Source of the DNA: a virus
Virus genome (UHGV): UHGV-0197997
Length of the DNA stretch: 52,500 bases
Direction: 5' to 3' (one strand)
The notes under the pieces are model-generated. The model searched no databases. It was not told the DNA's origin and saw nothing but the letters and a program-made list of their open reading frames with translations. The position numbers and the translations under genes were made by a program. How positions within the stretch are numbered: position 1 is the first letter of the stretch; each line of letters opens with the position of its first letter. This document shows positions 18,230-27,309 of this stretch, in pieces.

Positions 18230-19545
18230 GGCTGCGTTTTTCCGGTACATTCCGGCGTCTCCTCTGATTTAATGCCAAGCCATTCCCGCAGTGCGTATTT
18301 GGCCGATTCACTGTCGCCGGACTTGCCAAGCTGATCTATCGGCAGCAGGTTGGATTGAACGGTAAGTTGATCAGCGCCCGGTTTTGGCTGAAGGTTTTCT
18401 TTTTGCCGTGCTTCATTGCGGGTCATCAGACCGTTCTGGGTCATCGTTGAGTAAAAGGCGGCACGAGCGGCGCTGTCAGCGCGTAAGAGACCTTCGATGG
18501 AAAACTCCGCGAAGTACTTATTCCTTTCTCCCGGAGCCAGGAGACTTTTACGAACCGCCTGTTCTATACGGGTTAGCCACGGCCGAAGCGAAAAAGTTAA
18601 AAAGCCGATCAACATCTGTTCGACTCCACTCCCCCACATCGTTTGCCCCTGGGCACTATGGCCAATCAACCCCGGCCATACTCTGAACCACCGACAAATC
18701 TCTTCGATATTGAATGCCCTGGACTGCAGCATCTGGGCATCTTCCGGGTTGAGGTCAACAGGCTGAAACTTCATGCCCGCCTCAAGAACCATCATTTTCC
18801 CGGTATTCATCGAACCGGAAAATTGTTCAACCATGCTTTCCCGGACTTCATTGCGCTGCTCTTTTTTAAGGATCTGATCCATTGAGAGAACGCCGCTAGG
18901 CCGCATACCGTTTTTAAAGACTTTGGCGCTGGCTTCATCTGTTGCCATTGCCAGACCAAGCGTCTGTCGGGCATAACTAATAGGGGATAGTCCCATGACC
19001 CCATTAGTGCTGAAGGCACGGATGTGCATGACGTCTCGTTCATCAATGTTTCGGGATAAACCTGAAGGCCAGTCGCGGTAGGTATAAATGGGCGCTCCAC
19101 TGTTACTTAAATCAACCTTCATCCTTTCTGGCCTAAGAGGCACCAGCGAGGTAATACGCTTTCCGGTACGATCGATTTCCGCGTAAGCATTCCCCCATAA
19201 AAGCAGGCTGGCCATGATCATTTCCCAGAACTCTACTGCGGTCATGTCAGCATTAGGTTGATTATGGAGGAGCTCATAAAGCGGGTGCTCATTTGCACTC
19301 TGGCGACCATCGGCCGTTTTTTCGTAAAAACCAACAGGCAACGTTGCTATGGTTTCGGATAATAATCTCACGCATGACCATACCGCCGACAACTGCAGGG
19401 CTTTATCAACCGTAACGGATTTTCCTGCAGCTGACTCCCCGCCTGCATAGCCAGCCCAGAATTCGCCGTCAGTAAGTGAAATGGGTACGCCGAGCCACCG
19501 GCGAACGGCACTTTTAATCCGGCCAGGCTTCTTCTCTTTATTCAT
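18226..19545 (-). CDS. Portal protein, HK97 family
   Basis: 439 aa ORF directly after terminase large subunit. Confidence 0.85.
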   Translation of the reverse strand: MNKEKKPGRIKSAVRRWLGVPISLTDGEFWAGYAGGESAAGKSVTVDKALQLSAVWSCVRLLSETIATLPVGFYEKTADGRQSANEHPLYELLHNQPNADMTAVEFWEMIMASLLLWGNAYAEIDRTGKRITSLVPLRPERMKVDLSNSGAPIYTYRDWPSGLSRNIDERDVMHIRAFSTNGVMGLSPISYARQTLGLAMATDEASAKVFKNGMRPSGVLSMDQILKKEQRNEVRESMVEQFSGSMNTGKMMVLEAGMKFQPVDLNPEDAQMLQSRAFNIEEICRWFRVWPGLIGHSAQGQTMWGSGVEQMLIGFLTFSLRPWLTRIEQAVRKSLLAPGERNKYFAEFSIEGLLRADSAARAAFYSTMTQNGLMTRNEARQKENLQPKPGADQLTVQSNLLPIDQLGKSGDSESAKYALREWLGIKSEETPECTGKTQP

Positions 19546-19551
19546 GGTGAC

Positions 19552-21288
19552 TCACACTATGATGGGATTACTGAAAAAGTCGTCAATATCGCCGGAATCA
19601 TCCTCATATCCTTCGGAAGCACCGATCGCCATAGCTCCCGCAACAATGCCGTCGATGCGTCCTGTACTCTTTTTCTTTGCAAAAATTCGGTTTTCTTTCT
19701 GATCAGCCTCCGTCACTGCTGACGCTGCATTCCAGCGAAGGCAAGGGTTTGTCCTGATGATAATGACGCTGTCATCGAGCAACTCCTCGAACAACTCGAT
19801 CGAGTGAGGCATCCACAGCCCGGAATCTTTCGCTTTGTAATACCCTTGCCCGTGAGGAATTAAGGGAACAGAAACAGATGCCTCCTCTAGCTCCGGCTCA
19901 AGGTATTTAATACGATACTGGTCGAAGGCGATGGCCTTGATATCAAACTTCTGAGTCAGATCTGCAATGCGCTGGGCAACAAAGCCGTATTTCACCGCTT
20001 TACCAGGTGTGGTGTGGATGTGACCATCGCGCTCCCAGGCGTCATAAGGTACCCGGTCCGTTTTCGCCCGTTCCAGCAACGTATCTTTCGGGGTCCAGAA
20101 CTCCACCAGCAACTTACGTTGTTTTGGAAAAAACAACGCCAGTGCAGTCAAATCACGCGATCCGGACAGGTCCAGACCGCCATAGCATTCCTCGCCTTCC
20201 AGTTCATCTGGATCAAAGCTTTCCTCACAACCCATCCAGACATCACTGCTCATCCACGGATTAGCCGCGTCAACCCACTGACAGAAGTTAAGACGTCTGA
20301 CGATGCTCTCTTTCGATGGCATCCCGCGGGCCTGAGTCACCTGCTCACGAAGATAGCTTTCTTCAAAGGTGTGACCCAGCGAAGGGTTAGCTTTCTTCCA
20401 GCAGGACTCATCCTTGAAAGGATCGTCCCCTTCATCCAGAGAACAGATGAAGGCAAAAAAGCTATCATCATCTATCGAACCGGCAGAAACCTTTCGACCG
20501 TATTCGTGATAGTCATAGCAGACGCTGGTTTTATCGTGTCCACTGTTTGTGATCATGAAAATCAGCGCCTGCCGGCGGCCTTTGGTACCGGCACGCATCA
20601 TTTCAACAACCTGATTGCTTTTATGCTCGTGAACTTCATCAATAAGAGCGCAATGTGGTCGCGGGCCGGACTGCCCATCATCAGAACTGATTGGACGAAA
20701 GAAGGAACCTGCCTGAAGAAAAGCCAGGTTCCACTCTTTCCCGGCGCCACCAGATTTATGAATGCGCGCGGAAAGAGCCGGTGACTGATCGACCATCGCC
20801 ACCGCATCACGGAAGAGAACCATTGCCTGGTCTTTTTTCGTGGCCGCAGCATACACTTCAGCACGAGGCTCTTTATCCGCCGTTAGACAGTAAAGCCCTA
20901 TCCCGGCAGACAGGGGGGATTTGCCGGATCCCTTCCCGGACTCCACATAGGCCATTCGGAACCGGCGAAAACCGCTGGCTTTTTTCCAGCCATAAATCGA
21001 ACCGACGATGAAGCACTGCCATGGCAGCAACACGAAAGGCTTGCCTTCGAAATCGCCACCATTGAGCTTCAGAACTTTCGCAAAATAATCAATCGAGCGT
21101 TGCGCCGCCTCAACATCCCAGTGCAGACCACGAGCGTGACATGACTTCAGGTCGTTGAGATGGCGCTGGCACGAGTTACGGATGTCAGGCCCTGCCAGTT
21201 CTTTTCCCGAGGTTACATCCATCGCATATTGGGTTGCAGGATCAACCGAAGAACTTGTCGAGCGTGTCCTCTTCGGGGTCTTCGCCAT
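19552..21288 (-). CDS. terL: Terminase large subunit
   Basis: 578 aa with Walker A-like GKGSGKS and nuclease-type C-terminal region; start may be the internal ATG near 21222 because the track start overlaps terS. Confidence 0.9.
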   Translation of the reverse strand: MAKTPKRTRSTSSSVDPATQYAMDVTSGKELAGPDIRNSCQRHLNDLKSCHARGLHWDVEAAQRSIDYFAKVLKLNGGDFEGKPFVLLPWQCFIVGSIYGWKKASGFRRFRMAYVESGKGSGKSPLSAGIGLYCLTADKEPRAEVYAAATKKDQAMVLFRDAVAMVDQSPALSARIHKSGGAGKEWNLAFLQAGSFFRPISSDDGQSGPRPHCALIDEVHEHKSNQVVEMMRAGTKGRRQALIFMITNSGHDKTSVCYDYHEYGRKVSAGSIDDDSFFAFICSLDEGDDPFKDESCWKKANPSLGHTFEESYLREQVTQARGMPSKESIVRRLNFCQWVDAANPWMSSDVWMGCEESFDPDELEGEECYGGLDLSGSRDLTALALFFPKQRKLLVEFWTPKDTLLERAKTDRVPYDAWERDGHIHTTPGKAVKYGFVAQRIADLTQKFDIKAIAFDQYRIKYLEPELEEASVSVPLIPHGQGYYKAKDSGLWMPHSIELFEELLDDSVIIIRTNPCLRWNAASAVTEADQKENRIFAKKKSTGRIDGIVAGAMAIGASEGYEDDSGDIDDFFSNPIIV

Positions 21289-21706
21289 TCACTTTCACCT
21301 TCGTCCTTGCCGCTGGCGTCAGACCGAATTCAACCAGGTAACTTTTAAAACGGCGGTCGGCATCGGCCAGCATCGAAACGGCCGGGTTAGCTTTGATAAG
21401 AAAACCACCCTCGGTCTGGACGGTATAGGTTCTTCCCTCTACTGCGATGGTGTCGCGCAACTGAAGGATATCAGCGTAAATATCGCATAGCCGTTCAAGG
21501 GCTAAGGTGTCGGCAACCGTTAGCACCCCCATCCCGTCAAGGAGAACCGTCAACCTTCCCCAGGCAACCTTTCCCCAGTCGGTCAGGTGCGCCGGCGGGC
21601 TTGGAATTTCTCGCGCCGGAGTCGGTTCTTTATCGTTGAGTTTACGTTTACCCGGGTTGCCGGAGACCACTTTGAGATGGGTCGGTTTCGGGCGTCGTCC
21701 TGCCAT
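21242..21706 (-). CDS. terS: Terminase small subunit, P27 family
   Basis: 154 aa ORF preceding terL; typical HNH-terS-terL arrangement. Confidence 0.75.
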   Translation of the reverse strand: MAGRRPKPTHLKVVSGNPGKRKLNDKEPTPAREIPSPPAHLTDWGKVAWGRLTVLLDGMGVLTVADTLALERLCDIYADILQLRDTIAVEGRTYTVQTEGGFLIKANPAVSMLADADRRFKSYLVEFGLTPAARTKVKVNGEDPEEDTLDKFFG

Positions 21707-21754
21707 CGGAACCTCCCAGAAAAAATCTTTTCATTTCGCGGTTTTGTACAAAAA

Positions 21755-21815
21755 GGATGGGCGGCGGTCATTTAGGTTCAAGGTTCTGAACTTTTGACCC
21801 GCCCCTCCCCCCTCA
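21755..21815. other. Candidate cos site / packaging signal
   Basis: Between HNH and terS: GGGCGGCGGTC ... GACCCGCCCCTCCCCCCTC with internal two-fold symmetry GTTCA-N6-TGAAC. Confidence 0.3.
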
Positions 21816-21886
21816 GATGAGAGTCGATATCATTCGAATGATAATGATTTTAAATGACAATCACTTTTGAAGTGTATTGATAATGG

Positions 21887-22243
21887 TTATCCCTTAAACC
21901 AATGAGAAGCCGGGTCCAGTGGCATCCCGTTTTCATCGCAGCCGATCACGGTGCCACGCTTCTCCATTCGCTGCTTCGTTGAGTCGTGGTGCTGCTTACA
22001 CAGCCCTTGCCAGTTCTTCCGGCTCCAGAAAAGTTTTTGCGCCTTCGCTATTGCCTGACTGTCACCAGAGCGAAGAGCTTCTTTCAGTTTATGCGGGATG
22101 ATGTGGTCAACCACCGTTGCCGCTGTCACCCTGCCTTGCTCCTGGCACAGGACGCACAAGGGGTGCGCACGAAGGAAGATAAGACGTTCACGGTCCCATT
22201 TGCTGCCGTAAATACGAGGTTCGCTAATCTTATTGGAATACAT
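21887..22243 (-). CDS. HNH endonuclease (packaging-associated)
   Basis: Cys pairs CVLC...C and His-rich HNH core (VDHIIPH...QGLCKQHH); immediately upstream of terS. Confidence 0.85.
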   Translation of the reverse strand: MYSNKISEPRIYGSKWDRERLIFLRAHPLCVLCQEQGRVTAATVVDHIIPHKLKEALRSGDSQAIAKAQKLFWSRKNWQGLCKQHHDSTKQRMEKRGTVIGCDENGMPLDPASHWFKG

Positions 22244-22356
22244 TAATTCGCTTACCTCTTATAAAAATTACTTCTTATGTTTCTAACTTTAATTTAAAAA
22301 GGTTATATGATTAAGTTTACTCTTAATAGTCACCTTAGGCTATCCTCTTATATTAA

Positions 22357-22386
22357 TTGAAACATGATTTTTGTCTTTGGTATAAC
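22357..22386 (+). promoter_or_regulatory. Sigma70-like promoter for plus-strand moron
   Basis: TTGAAA (22357-22362), 18-nt spacer, TATAAC (22381-22386); AT-rich upstream region. Confidence 0.4.
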
Positions 22387-22441
22387 TGACACATTACCCC
22401 AAGACGCTTAATGAAAACTAAGTACAGCAATAAGGACAATT

Positions 22442-22903
22442 ATGGAAATTGAAAATGTTTACAAAGTATTTTCAAATATAAAAAATGAATGCTGCACGGA
22501 GATAAGCTCAACATTAAACTTAAAAAACAAATTAATATCTTATATCAACAACAATGATTTAGTAAGCACAGCAGCATCGGCTTCTATTATAGAGAATAAC
22601 CTCACCATCGACCTCTCACATTTCAATTTAAAACTTGAATGCAAAGAGTCTCTAAAGCTTTATGACTTCCCACCGATTGTTGCTTCGTGTATAGAAATGC
22701 ATTTCTTTTTTAGAGAAGATGATACATTTCACTCTGTATTAAAAATATTCATAACGCACGACGGCTATATCGTGAAAAATGTTTTCTCAAGCGATTATAT
22801 TTGCAAGACCGAAAACGAATACCGGGGGAAAAAAGTTTTCGAAGAAATAATATCATCACTTATTGATAAAGGATATATAGCGTTGACTCCAGAACAACAA
22901 TGA
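22442..22903 (+). CDS. Hypothetical protein, AT-rich moron, 153 aa
   Basis: ATG preceded by AAGGA; opposite strand to late operon; visibly low GC; no recognisable motifs. Confidence 0.55.
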   Translation: MEIENVYKVFSNIKNECCTEISSTLNLKNKLISYINNNDLVSTAASASIIENNLTIDLSHFNLKLECKESLKLYDFPPIVASCIEMHFFFREDDTFHSVLKIFITHDGYIVKNVFSSDYICKTENEYRGKKVFEEIISSLIDKGYIALTPEQQ

Positions 22904-22945
22904 CAGAGTCAAGAGTTTTAATAATAAAACAGAATTGATATTATC

Positions 22946-22968
22946 ATAGGCACTCATAGAGTGCCTAT
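22946..22968. terminator. Hairpin between convergent morons
   Basis: Inverted repeat ATAGGCACTC-ATA-GAGTGCCTAT; weak T-tract on plus strand. Confidence 0.4.
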
Positions 22969-22977
22969 TCTGCTTTA

Positions 22978-23223
22978 CTAGCTAATCTGCTCTGAGGCTG
23001 TATCAAACAGCGCCAGCGCTTCGGTGGCTTCCTGAATCGCTTTGATGGTCTTTGCAACCACTTCAGATTCGGTTACAACCCGGTTGTACTGCTGGATGAA
23101 AATCTGATATTTCAACTGACTGTCCTGTACGAATGCAATAGCCTTAGCAGCTGCTGCTGTATCGTAGTTCAGGATTGAAAGCAAGTTCAGGCGTATTTGT
23201 TCTGCTAGTGTGATGTCTGCCAT
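22978..23223 (-). CDS. Hypothetical small protein, 81 aa
   Basis: ATG (MADITLAEQ) preceded by SD GAGGAAAG; downstream of membrane-anchored moron. Confidence 0.5.
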   Translation of the reverse strand: MADITLAEQIRLNLLSILNYDTAAAAKAIAFVQDSQLKYQIFIQQYNRVVTESEVVAKTIKAIQEATEALALFDTASEQIS

Positions 23224-23352
23224 GTCTGTCTTTCCTCTATGCGATGTGGGGAGCATTATCAAAATCACTATTCGGAATGGTTTCTGAAGTGCCATTAAAA
23301 AAACCACCTGTGGGTGGCCTTTTTAATATCTAAATAAATTGCAGGGCAGTGA

Positions 23353-23907
23353 TTATTTTGAATCAAAGACAAATCGTGAAGATGTTATTTTATTAAGCAA
23401 CTGCACTAATGGTGCCTTAGTCCCTTCTCCATTGATATAATGTTCAAAGTCGTCTTCGAGTATTATCCAGTCTCTAGCAAGTTGAGTCCCATCAAATAAG
23501 TGCTCAGTAGCAAGCCAAGACGATTGGCAGGCGTCAAAGATGCTAAGAAGGTTATCAAATCTCTGCACATTCTGCTCTCCAGCATCTATCTGCTGACTTA
23601 TGAGATCGACATCTTTAAAAAGCCACCTCACAATAACCTGCTCCCTCTCTTCCTCAAGTTCATCTCGGTCAAGGTTTAGTGGCATATTTAACAAGGCGAC
23701 TCTTAATTGTTTGATCGCAAATCTAAACTCCATTTTTACTTTTGTTTTTTCTTGCTCTCGCCAGGTTGTCAGGGCTCTATAAGCAAAAATCAAAGTGACT
23801 ACGCTTGCAGTGCCACTAATAAATGCAGCAATCATTGACCAAAACGCCCACTCAGCTGCATTGCGATTAGCCACAAGCGTTTCATAAGCTATATAACTAG
23901 CATCCAT
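23353..23907 (-). CDS. Membrane-anchored hypothetical protein (one N-terminal TM helix)
   Basis: Hydrophobic segment WAFWSMIAAFISGTASVVTLIFAY near N-terminus followed by charged soluble domain; SD GAGGTGG. Confidence 0.5.
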   Translation of the reverse strand: MDASYIAYETLVANRNAAEWAFWSMIAAFISGTASVVTLIFAYRALTTWREQEKTKVKMEFRFAIKQLRVALLNMPLNLDRDELEEEREQVIVRWLFKDVDLISQQIDAGEQNVQRFDNLLSIFDACQSSWLATEHLFDGTQLARDWIILEDDFEHYINGEGTKAPLVQLLNKITSSRFVFDSK

Positions 23908-24257
23908 ATCCACCTCACATTAGTTATGAGGTTATTCTAACAAAATATATTAGGGCCGCCACCTGGTGAATGGCTCCTGCAATGCTTTGCCACTTCCCGG
24001 AGTGGCCACGCTCATGCCCTTGAGTAGCTGCCACATCATCGCCGCTTATAACTAGTGCGCGTCTGGCATTCGCGCTTCTTTACCGGAGCATGTTCCCTTA
24101 TTTACCCTCACAACGGTCTGCTATACCTGCTCGCCATTACGCGACTCGGGGCAGCATCATTACTGCTGCTCTGCCTTTCGACTGCGGTCTATCCGCTTTA
24201 ATTCTTCATGGCTGTATCCTCGGGTGGGGATAGCTGTTGGGTTATCCCTTCGTGGGG

Positions 24258-24374
24258 TTAGCGCATGGGAAAGTTGATGATGAACATAAGCCCGATTAAT
24301 GCGCACAACAACCCTACAGCGCCACCCACAACAATGAGCGCCCAAACGATAATGGTTCCTATGGTTGCAATCAT
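24258..24374 (-). CDS. Small hydrophobic peptide, 38 aa (single TM)
   Basis: ATG preceded by AAAAGG; MIATIGTIIVWALIVVGGAVGLLCALIGLMFIINFPMR; begins 20 nt after the Rz1 stop. Confidence 0.3.
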   Translation of the reverse strand: MIATIGTIIVWALIVVGGAVGLLCALIGLMFIINFPMR

Positions 24375-24394
24375 TTCGTAGCCTTTTCGGTTGG

Positions 24395-24601
24395 TTATGG
24401 GCAGTTCGCCAGCACTGATTTGTTGTGCGCCAGAATGTCGCGCTTGGTCTGCTTATCCAGCACATCGATATCGTGGTCGGTCAGGTAGATGATCCGCACC
24501 CAACTGCACGCGGTATCAACCACCACCGGGGCGGGTAAATCTTTCGCGCAGCTCCCTATCAACATCGTCATCAGGCATATGGCTAACAGTCTGCTGTACA
24601 T
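24395..24601 (-). CDS. Rz1: Outer-membrane spanin lipoprotein (Rz1-like)
   Basis: +1-frame ORF overlapping 3' end of Rz; signal plus lipobox-like LIGSC; MYSRLLAICLMTMLIGSC. Confidence 0.5.
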   Translation of the reverse strand: MYSRLLAICLMTMLIGSCAKDLPAPVVVDTACSWVRIIYLTDHDIDVLDKQTKRDILAHNKSVLANCP

Positions 24602-24791
24602 CGCTGGCCCCTTTCGTTGCATCAGCCCGGCGTTCTGCCGCGGCGACAGTAGCAGCGGCGTTTTCTTCAGTGCGTTGCTGCTTGGCTTTTTCTTCGGCTT
24701 TACTGGTACCGCGGGCATGACCAATACCGAACGCGCTAGCGATAACGCCCAGCAGGACAAACACCAGCCCGGCAATAGTTTCGATTCCCAT
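24516..24791 (-). CDS. Rz: Inner-membrane spanin (Rz-like)
   Basis: N-terminal TM helix then charged coiled-coil-like region; immediately after endolysin. Confidence 0.5.
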   Translation of the reverse strand: MGIETIAGLVFVLLGVIASAFGIGHARGTSKAEEKAKQQRTEENAAATVAAAERRADATKGASDVQQTVSHMPDDDVDRELRERFTRPGGG

Positions 24792-24793
24792 AG

Positions 24794-25423
24794 TTACCCC
24801 ACCAATACCGATTTTGCCTTCAGGAAACGGGCACGCCGATCATCAACTCCGTTCTGCCCGCCGTTGATAATCAGGGTGACGCGGACCAGGTCACCGGGAT
24901 ATTTCAGGCAGCCCTTACTGGCATAAAACCAGGCCGCACTTCGTGCCGCGTATTCGTCCTGCGCCAGTAGTTCAGGCTGGACCACCAGATCGACCTTCAA
25001 CCCGGTCCCGCAATCCCGGTAATTCGTCAGTCCGGTGATATGGATAAGACCACGGCCACGATATAGCCAGCCATCACCAGGGCCTTTGTTGCCATTCCTT
25101 TTGTTGTAGGCAAGGTTGGCGATCGCCCGCTGGCGCGCAAGCGGTAGTGACGGCTCACCCTGCCGGCGTCCGAGGGAATTGGCCTGGTCCTGCGTCAGTC
25201 GCCCGGCGCGCACAAATCCCGCCAGCCCGGTAACGCTGTAATTGAAACTCTCCACCAGTTGGGTAAACCCGACGCTTTCATGCCCGACCTGAGCAATAAA
25301 CATCGCCTGGTCGACAGGCGCCGTAATGCCGAATTCTTTCATTGCTGCAGTGATATGCGGATACCAGCGCGCAGCTAAGCCGGCGCTGATACCAGCCGCC
25401 TGCTGAAATTGTGATTGATTCAT
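24794..25423 (-). CDS. Endolysin, glycoside hydrolase family 19-like
   Basis: GH19-type motifs (QVGHESVGF, GRGLIHITG); follows holin. Confidence 0.8.
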   Translation of the reverse strand: MNQSQFQQAAGISAGLAARWYPHITAAMKEFGITAPVDQAMFIAQVGHESVGFTQLVESFNYSVTGLAGFVRAGRLTQDQANSLGRRQGEPSLPLARQRAIANLAYNKRNGNKGPGDGWLYRGRGLIHITGLTNYRDCGTGLKVDLVVQPELLAQDEYAARSAAWFYASKGCLKYPGDLVRVTLIINGGQNGVDDRRARFLKAKSVLVG

Positions 25424-25704
25424 TAGTGCCTCAGTGTATCGACCAGGCGCGCCACGTTACCCCGTGCCCACAGCACGGCGGCGCAGATAAGGATGTTTGC
25501 CAGTACCACCAGCCAGTGGGACTGTACGTAAAGACCGAAGATAAACTGGAAGGGAATGCTCGCGTAAATCAGCACAAGCACATAAGCAAGTACGGAAATT
25601 CCTGGGCGATGCCGGGAACCGCGACGTTGATAAAACATCAACGCACAGACGATAACGACACAAATAACAGCATTGGCCAGTGCAGCAGGGTCATTTATTA
25701 CCAC
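25423..25704 (-). CDS. Holin (small 3-TM membrane protein)
   Basis: 93 aa with three hydrophobic helices and charged C-terminus; overlaps upstream membrane ORF. Confidence 0.6.
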   Translation of the reverse strand: MVINDPAALANAVICVVIVCALMFYQRRGSRHRPGISVLAYVLVLIYASIPFQFIFGLYVQSHWLVVLANILICAAVLWARGNVARLVDTLRH

Positions 25705-26086
25705 TCGAACCTCCTCCCCTAAATCGGGAAAGTATTCCGAACAGGCTGCTCAGATCCTGGCTGTTGATGAAAGTCAGGACCCTGATAGTGATAGCTGATG
25801 CCACCACTGCACCGAGCGCATCAAGCGGGCGGTCTGTATAGCCTGTCCAGGCAGTAAATTTTGAGCCTAATAGTCCAGCAGCCAGAACACCGACAATAAA
25901 CGATGTCATGAAGTAGGCTATCTGCCTCCCTCGTGTCAGGTTCGCGGTCGTTGCCACATAAAACACCGCACCACCAAAGGCTCCAAACACCACACCAAAA
26001 TCGGTATGAGTAATAACGCCATAAGCGACAGAACCAATTAACCCGCCTCCAAAAATAAGGCCGGTACCAGTTAAAGGATCGGACAT
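25691..26086 (-). CDS. Holin-like Gly-rich membrane protein (holin/antiholin candidate)
   Basis: 131 aa, multiple Gly-rich hydrophobic helices; first gene of lysis cassette. Confidence 0.5.
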   Translation of the reverse strand: MSDPLTGTGLIFGGGLIGSVAYGVITHTDFGVVFGAFGGAVFYVATTANLTRGRQIAYFMTSFIVGVLAAGLLGSKFTAWTGYTDRPLDALGAVVASAITIRVLTFINSQDLSSLFGILSRFRGGGSSGNK

Positions 26087-26204
26087 AGGCCCCTCTTATT
26101 GCTGTGAGTCCTCTCAGTAATGAGGGGAAATAGAAACAGGCTTAACGGGCCGGATTTATCAACAAAGCACGTCGAGGATGATTCCCGTAAGCTTGAAAGT
26201 TAAT

Positions 26205-26258
26205 TTCCTAGTTATTAGGAATTAATAGCACTTTTGGATATTTCCTAACAACTAGGAA
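26205..26258 (+). promoter_or_regulatory. Two 17-bp palindromic operator-like sites TTCCTA-N5-TAGGAA
   Basis: Palindromes at 26205-26221 and 26242-26258 directly upstream of plus-strand two-gene module. Confidence 0.5.
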
Positions 26259-26319
26259 ATTGATAAGATGTTTTCACGGTAAGGCAACTGGCCAACCGAT
26301 AACCAACGAGGGTTTCGAA

Positions 26320-26478
26320 ATGTTCAACTCAATCAGCGATGCAAAAACTTTTCTGTTCAATCACGGTATGATCGATTTCATCGACCTTGACCGCGAGGCC
26401 GAAATTGTCGAAGACCTGTATCGCAATGCAACTGACGCCGACAGCGCTGAAGCCATCATCAACAGCTACGTCATTTAA
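26320..26478 (+). CDS. Small acidic protein, 52 aa
   Basis: ATG preceded by GAGGG; Asp/Glu-rich; the track's upstream TTG start is less likely. Confidence 0.45.
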   Translation: MFNSISDAKTFLFNHGMIDFIDLDREAEIVEDLYRNATDADSAEAIINSYVI

Positions 26479-26522
26479 AATTCTGATAGCCTCGCGTGAT
26501 GCGGGCCTAAAGGTGAGATGCT

Positions 26523-26915
26523 ATGAACAATCTGGAAAAATTACGCGCTGTTGGGGAAGCGGTATATGGGGATAAGTGGCAGTCTGCACTTTCACGCGCC
26601 CTCGGTATTTCTGACCGTACCGTGAGGAATTTCGTGTCTGGGAAGTCCCAACCGGAAAACTTATCAAATCGCTTACTCGAGGCGATGGAGCTTGAAATGG
26701 GGAAAATCAAAGCGGCCATCGACATCATCAATAGCGACAAGTTGCGTGGTGACGACATCTCTATTGAGATGATTACTCAAATTGCAGACCGCTACGAATA
26801 CTGTGATGAACAAGATCGTAAGGCTGCGATAGACGCAATGAACAATGCAGTTTACGAGGAAACATTCCTCTCCGACCTGGAAGCAATAGCGATCAGACTC
26901 GCAATACGCCATTAA
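26523..26915 (+). CDS. HTH DNA-binding protein
   Basis: HTH-like segment QSALSRALGISDRTVRNFVSG; follows small acidic ORF; hairpin 26920-26943 after stop. Confidence 0.55.
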   Translation: MNNLEKLRAVGEAVYGDKWQSALSRALGISDRTVRNFVSGKSQPENLSNRLLEAMELEMGKIKAAIDIINSDKLRGDDISIEMITQIADRYEYCDEQDRKAAIDAMNNAVYEETFLSDLEAIAIRLAIRH

Positions 26916-26930
26916 TGTTAAGCCCACGCG

Positions 26931-27161
26931 TTAACGTGGGCTTAAATTGGGGTGTGGTGCTGAGTGCCTCTCAGTAAGCCTTTGGTCAGCAACCATGACT
27001 TGCGGTCCGAGTGAATCATAAGGATTCCATTTAAGCTGTTTCCGCCCCTCCGCACAGGGGGATTCACCACGCCAATAATTTATAGCTACTTCATTCCCAT
27101 CGTCAATAGCAAGCACTCTGTCAAAGGCACCCGAAGATGCCTTTTGCACAGTGTTATTCAC
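26931..27161 (-). CDS. Hypothetical protein, 76 aa
   Basis: ORF downstream of small membrane ORF; stop lies in hairpin loop; weak support. Confidence 0.3.
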   Translation of the reverse strand: MNNTVQKASSGAFDRVLAIDDGNEVAINYWRGESPCAEGRKQLKWNPYDSLGPQVMVADQRLTERHSAPHPNLSPR

Positions 27162-27309
27162 TGGACTTAATTAACGGCCAGAGTAAAGCAATTACTCCGG
27201 CCACCAGCACGCCATCTGCCAGGATGGACATCATTTTGCTGGTGAAGTCGATGGCAACCACCAAGAACAAAAGCACCCCGGCAGCGCCCCAGCGAAGTTT
27301 GCCAATCAC
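27154..27309 (-). CDS. Small two-helix membrane protein, 51 aa
   Basis: GTG start overlapping TerB-like stop as GTGA; hydrophobic segments GAAGVLLFLVVAI and GVLVAGVIALLW. Confidence 0.35.
   Translation of the reverse strand: MIGKLRWGAAGVLLFLVVAIDFTSKMMSILADGVLVAGVIALLWPLIKSSE

Noticed and set aside
24160-24465. Track ORF of 101 aa (Arg/Cys/His-rich) downstream of the spanin genes
   Set aside because: Composition atypical for a protein and it overlaps the better-supported 38-aa peptide ORF and Rz1 in another frame
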